DNA of 64,000 nt from Macrostomum lignano (taxonomy: Eukaryota). The stretch spans positions 62,001 through 126,000 of the forward strand of contig NIVC01001210.1 of assembly GCA_002269645.1 (NCBI GenBank), written 5' to 3'. Shown here one piece after another: positions 60,599 through 64,000 of this stretch (positions are counted from its first letter, which is position 1; each line of letters begins with the position of its first letter). The translations under genes and the position numbers were made by a program. The notes below the pieces were generated by a model that saw only the letters and a program-made list of their open reading frames with translations, made no database searches and was not told the DNA's origin.

Positions 60599-60979
60599 GT
60601 GACGAAGTGGGGTTGCTGTCAGCGGTCAGTGGTCAGGAAGTTAGGATCGCTCCTATTGGCTGTAGAACTTCAAGCCAATCAGAATCGGCTCGTGACGGAG
60701 TGGGGTTGCTGTCAGCGGTCAGTGGTCAGGAAGTTAGGATCGCTCCTATTGGCTGTAGAACTTCAAGCCAATCAGAATCGGCTCGTGACGGAGTGGGGTT
60801 GCTGTCAGTGGTCAGGAAGTTAGGATCGCTCCGATTGGCTGTAGAACTTCAAGCCAATCAGAATCGGCTCGTGACGGAGTGGGGTTGCTGTCAGTGGTCA
60901 GGAAGTTAGGATCGCTCCTATTGGCTGTAGAACTTCAAGCCAATCAGAATCGGCTCGTGAAGGAGTGGGGTTGCTGTCA
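60599..60979 (+). repeat. 93/86-bp tandem repeat, about 4.3 copies
   Basis: Units start at 60599, 60692, 60785, 60871 and 60957; each contains ATTGGCTGTAGAACTTCAAGCCAAT. Confidence 0.95.
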
Positions 60980-61652
60980 AGGCAAAAAACAATGTAGTCG
61001 CAGAAACTTCACAACCTTGACTTCAAATTAGTCAGTATTCAAAACAGAACAGCTAGCAATGAAAAAGCAACTTTCAATTGTTATTAATCCCCGCCAGAAC
61101 CTTGCAAAGCCGGAAGCAATTTCTAAATCATCTCTGTCGCCGTTCTAAGCTCATCGTTAACCCTGAAATCTTGTCCGGGAAAGAAACGAAAAAAGGCCCC
61201 CTTTGATTTGCATAAATCCGCAACAGGGAGGATTTTCTGAGCCTAGCCGGAAAAAATGAGGGCATTTTCTTCTAGGAAACAGCTGCGGTCGCACCTGACC
61301 TCGCATACGGATTTTTTATCTTGAAGACTCTGAGATCCATCCCTAGAGCGCCTGTTGGGAAGATCAAGCTAGATCCCCTCATGATGCCGGGACCCGTGTA
61401 GGCTGGGGTTGTCAACCGCCAGTGCGGGGGTGAGGCTCAACTTGCTGAGCAGTCTGGCGCACAAAATTCTCAAATAAACTGATCCAAAAATGGGAAACTG
61501 TCGCTGCGATGTGGCAGTCCTTGCTCTCCATCAAAATTTGGATATCCCTATTCCCCTCGATCCCACGAGTATTCATATCCTGACTAATGAATTTACGATG
61601 CAATAAACTCCTCACAGCGGGGAGGGCTGCTAGGGGAGAGCTGTGAGAGGAA

Positions 61653-61684
<32 letters not shown>

Positions 61685-62848
61685 ACACACACAGAGAGAC
61701 AGACAGACAGACAATCTGACAAACAAGACAGGAACTTCATATTGAGACACAAGGCACAGGTCAATAATGACCATCCAATTTTGTTTCATTATAAAGCACC
61801 TGGCCGGATCAGCTTTCTTCTCTCTCAGCTCCAATTTATTGCCGTCCACCTGGTGCGATTTTACGATTTCAGCCTTTTTACAGCTTTGTTATTTTGGTAT
61901 TTTTTCACACTACGATAAGTAGGCAGGGCGAGTAAATAAATATTTGACCCCCCCCCCTTTGGAAACAGGATAACTGTAATAAAATGGGTTAAAAAGCCTG
62001 CTTTATGGCGTGATTGCAAAATCATTGTTCACCAAGTTATATTTGTACTTTTATGCCAAAGCCAACGCATCCGCTATCTTTGTGCATGGATCATTTTAGG
62101 GACACTCGCACCGGACCAGTTTTGAAAGGCTGATACTTTTATGGCGTGATAAAGTGTGTAAAAAACTGCAAGATCTTCTAACTACTGTCAGTAGCACATG
62201 TGCAAAAACCTAGCTATACTCAGTCAACAACATAAAAAAATTCGGCACCTATGAGAGTGCGCAGTAAATTCTAGCTCAGTGTTGACTTTTGAGTGACGCA
62301 ACTTGTGTCGCAGAGTTGGGCTGGGCGAGGAGGGATCGGGATGAGTGGAGGACGACTGTTCAATGTTGCCGAGTATATGTGTAGGCTTTTAAAACAGGAA
62401 AAAGCAAGTCGATAATACGAGCAAAGGCCGTGACAGGAGCCGAGCCACTGGAGACAGATTGAGCTGCTGACGTGCATAATTTTGCTACTCAAACCTGCGA
62501 AACTTGAGTTGAGACGGCATAAAACCAAAGCAGAGCTTTTCCATGTCTATCTCCCACAGTCTCTCGAGTGGTTCGAGTCCAATCGAGCTGTTGAGAGTTT
62601 CTCTGCCCTTCACTGCAGCTCCCGCCGCCCCAGGAGAGTGACAGAGGCGCTGCTGTCAACTCGCGAGAGAGAAATATGGCAATAGTAATGCAACCGACAG
62701 TGAGTGCCAACTTAGAAAACGGGCAGTGGAGAGGTAAGGAGAGACTGAGAAAGAGATAGCATATAAATTGCCACCCCCATCAGCTGGCAATAGAGAGAGC
62801 TAGTTTGAAAGCATTGCACTGGGCTAAAAAAACCAGCTGCCAGCAATC

Positions 62849-63693
62849 ATGAGCAAGAAGAAGTCGTCAAAGCGCGAGCAGTCGAGAAATCCGGACGATG
62901 TGATGAGCTCGCTGACTCAGGAGCAGATTCACGAGTACTATGAGGCCTTCTGCATGTACGATCACGATGGCAGCGGCACCATCGACACTTCGGAGCTGGC
63001 CATCATCATGACGTCCATGGGACAGAACGTCACCGAAGATGAGCTCGAGAAGCTGGTGCACGAAGTGGACGCCGATGGTAAGAGAGCTGGATTCCAACTG
63101 AGCTAGATTCCAACTGAGCTAGATTCCAACTGAGCTAGATTCCAACTGAGCTAGATTCCAACTGAGCTAGATTCCAACTGAGCTAGATTCCAACTGAGCT
63201 AGATTCCAACTGAGCTAGATTCCAACTGAGCTAGATTCCAACTGAGCTAGATTCCAACTGAGCTAGATTCCAACTGAGCTAGATTCCAACTGAGCTAGAT
63301 TCCAACTGAGCTAGATTCCAACTGAGCTAGATTCCAACTGAGCTAGATTCCAACTGAGCTGGATTCCAACTGAGCTAGATTCCAACTGAGCTGGATTCCA
63401 ACTAGCTAGATTCCAACTGAGCTAGATTCCAACTGAGCTGGATTCCACCTGAGCTGGATTCCGACCATGCTGCATGGGATTTCTACTCTTAGTCCCTAAT
63501 TATATCGTGCTCCACTATCAAGCAAAATGAACTCAAAATTCTATATTGCAGGCAGCGGCACGATAGACTTCCCAGAGTTCGTCTCTCTAATGGTCAACCA
63601 CATCAACAAGCCGGTCACAAAAGAAGAGATCAAAAGTGCTTTTATGGTATTCGACATTGACAACAAAGGCTACATACCATCTGAGGAGCTCAG
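62849..63693 (+). CDS. Calmodulin-/troponin-C-like EF-hand protein, 5' partial (continues beyond the window)
   Basis: Exon 62849-63077 (donor G|GTAAG) and exon 63552-63693 (acceptor TTGCAG|GC; donor AG|GTTGGT). LTQEQIHEYYEAF helix; EF loops DHDGSGTIDTSE, DADGSGTIDFPE and DIDNKGYIPSEE. Confidence 0.88.
63085..63462 (+). repeat. 16-bp minisatellite, about 23 copies, filling intron 1 of the calmodulin-like gene
   Basis: Unit GAGCTAGATTCCAACT; starts a few bases after the donor. Confidence 0.97.
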
Positions 63694-64000
63694 GTTGGTT
63701 ACCGTGGATGTTTTTTTAACAGTAGGAATACCAAGCCATTTTTCGCCCGCCGAACTACCGAGGGGGGGGGGGATTCTCCGCCCCCCCCTTTGACAATTTT
63801 TTTGCTGCGCCGGAACGGGGCAATGCAGGCACACAAAATTCGAGAACACGGGCTAACTTTTTGTTGCGCACCTTCTCAAACAAGAATCAAGTCGCCAGCC
63901 CTCCGGGCCGTCGAGATATTCGACGATTCTGCCAGAAGGTCGGATTAATCCCATAAGCGCTAGTGTATTAAGTACACCCCTGTGCGTCAATCAGCACTGC

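Overview
This is animal genomic DNA, not prokaryotic. It has GC-rich spliced exons separated by AT-rich or tandem-repeat-filled introns. The GC3-rich exons, a ~100-nt intron class and very dense minisatellites suggest a flatworm such as Macrostomum, but this is inference only. Genes reconstructed by hand from splice sites and reading phase: (1) MEMO1, 2 exons, + strand; (2) a small secreted six-cysteine peptide precursor, - strand; (3) an 11-exon neprilysin/M13-family gene, - strand, which has lost its zinc ligands and appears to be a pseudo-peptidase; (4) an intronless secreted PAN + LamG/ConA-like protein, + strand; (5) a ~20-exon MUC4/SUSD2-like membrane protein (NIDO-AMOP-VWD-EGF-SEA-TM), - strand; (6) a 7-repeat protocadherin, + strand; (7) the 5' part of a calmodulin/troponin-C-like gene, + strand; plus two orphan ORFs. 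Non-coding DNA holds two tRNA-derived SINE families, at least four small DNA-transposon MITEs with visible TIRs and TSDs, and about 20 unrelated tandem arrays. Several arrays sit against splice sites and contain splice-site-like motifs. There is no CRISPR array, rRNA or intact tRNA. The best leads are the dead neprilysin, the six-Cys neurohormone-like precursor and the splice-site-anchored intronic arrays. All homology calls are by motif recognition; no database search was run.
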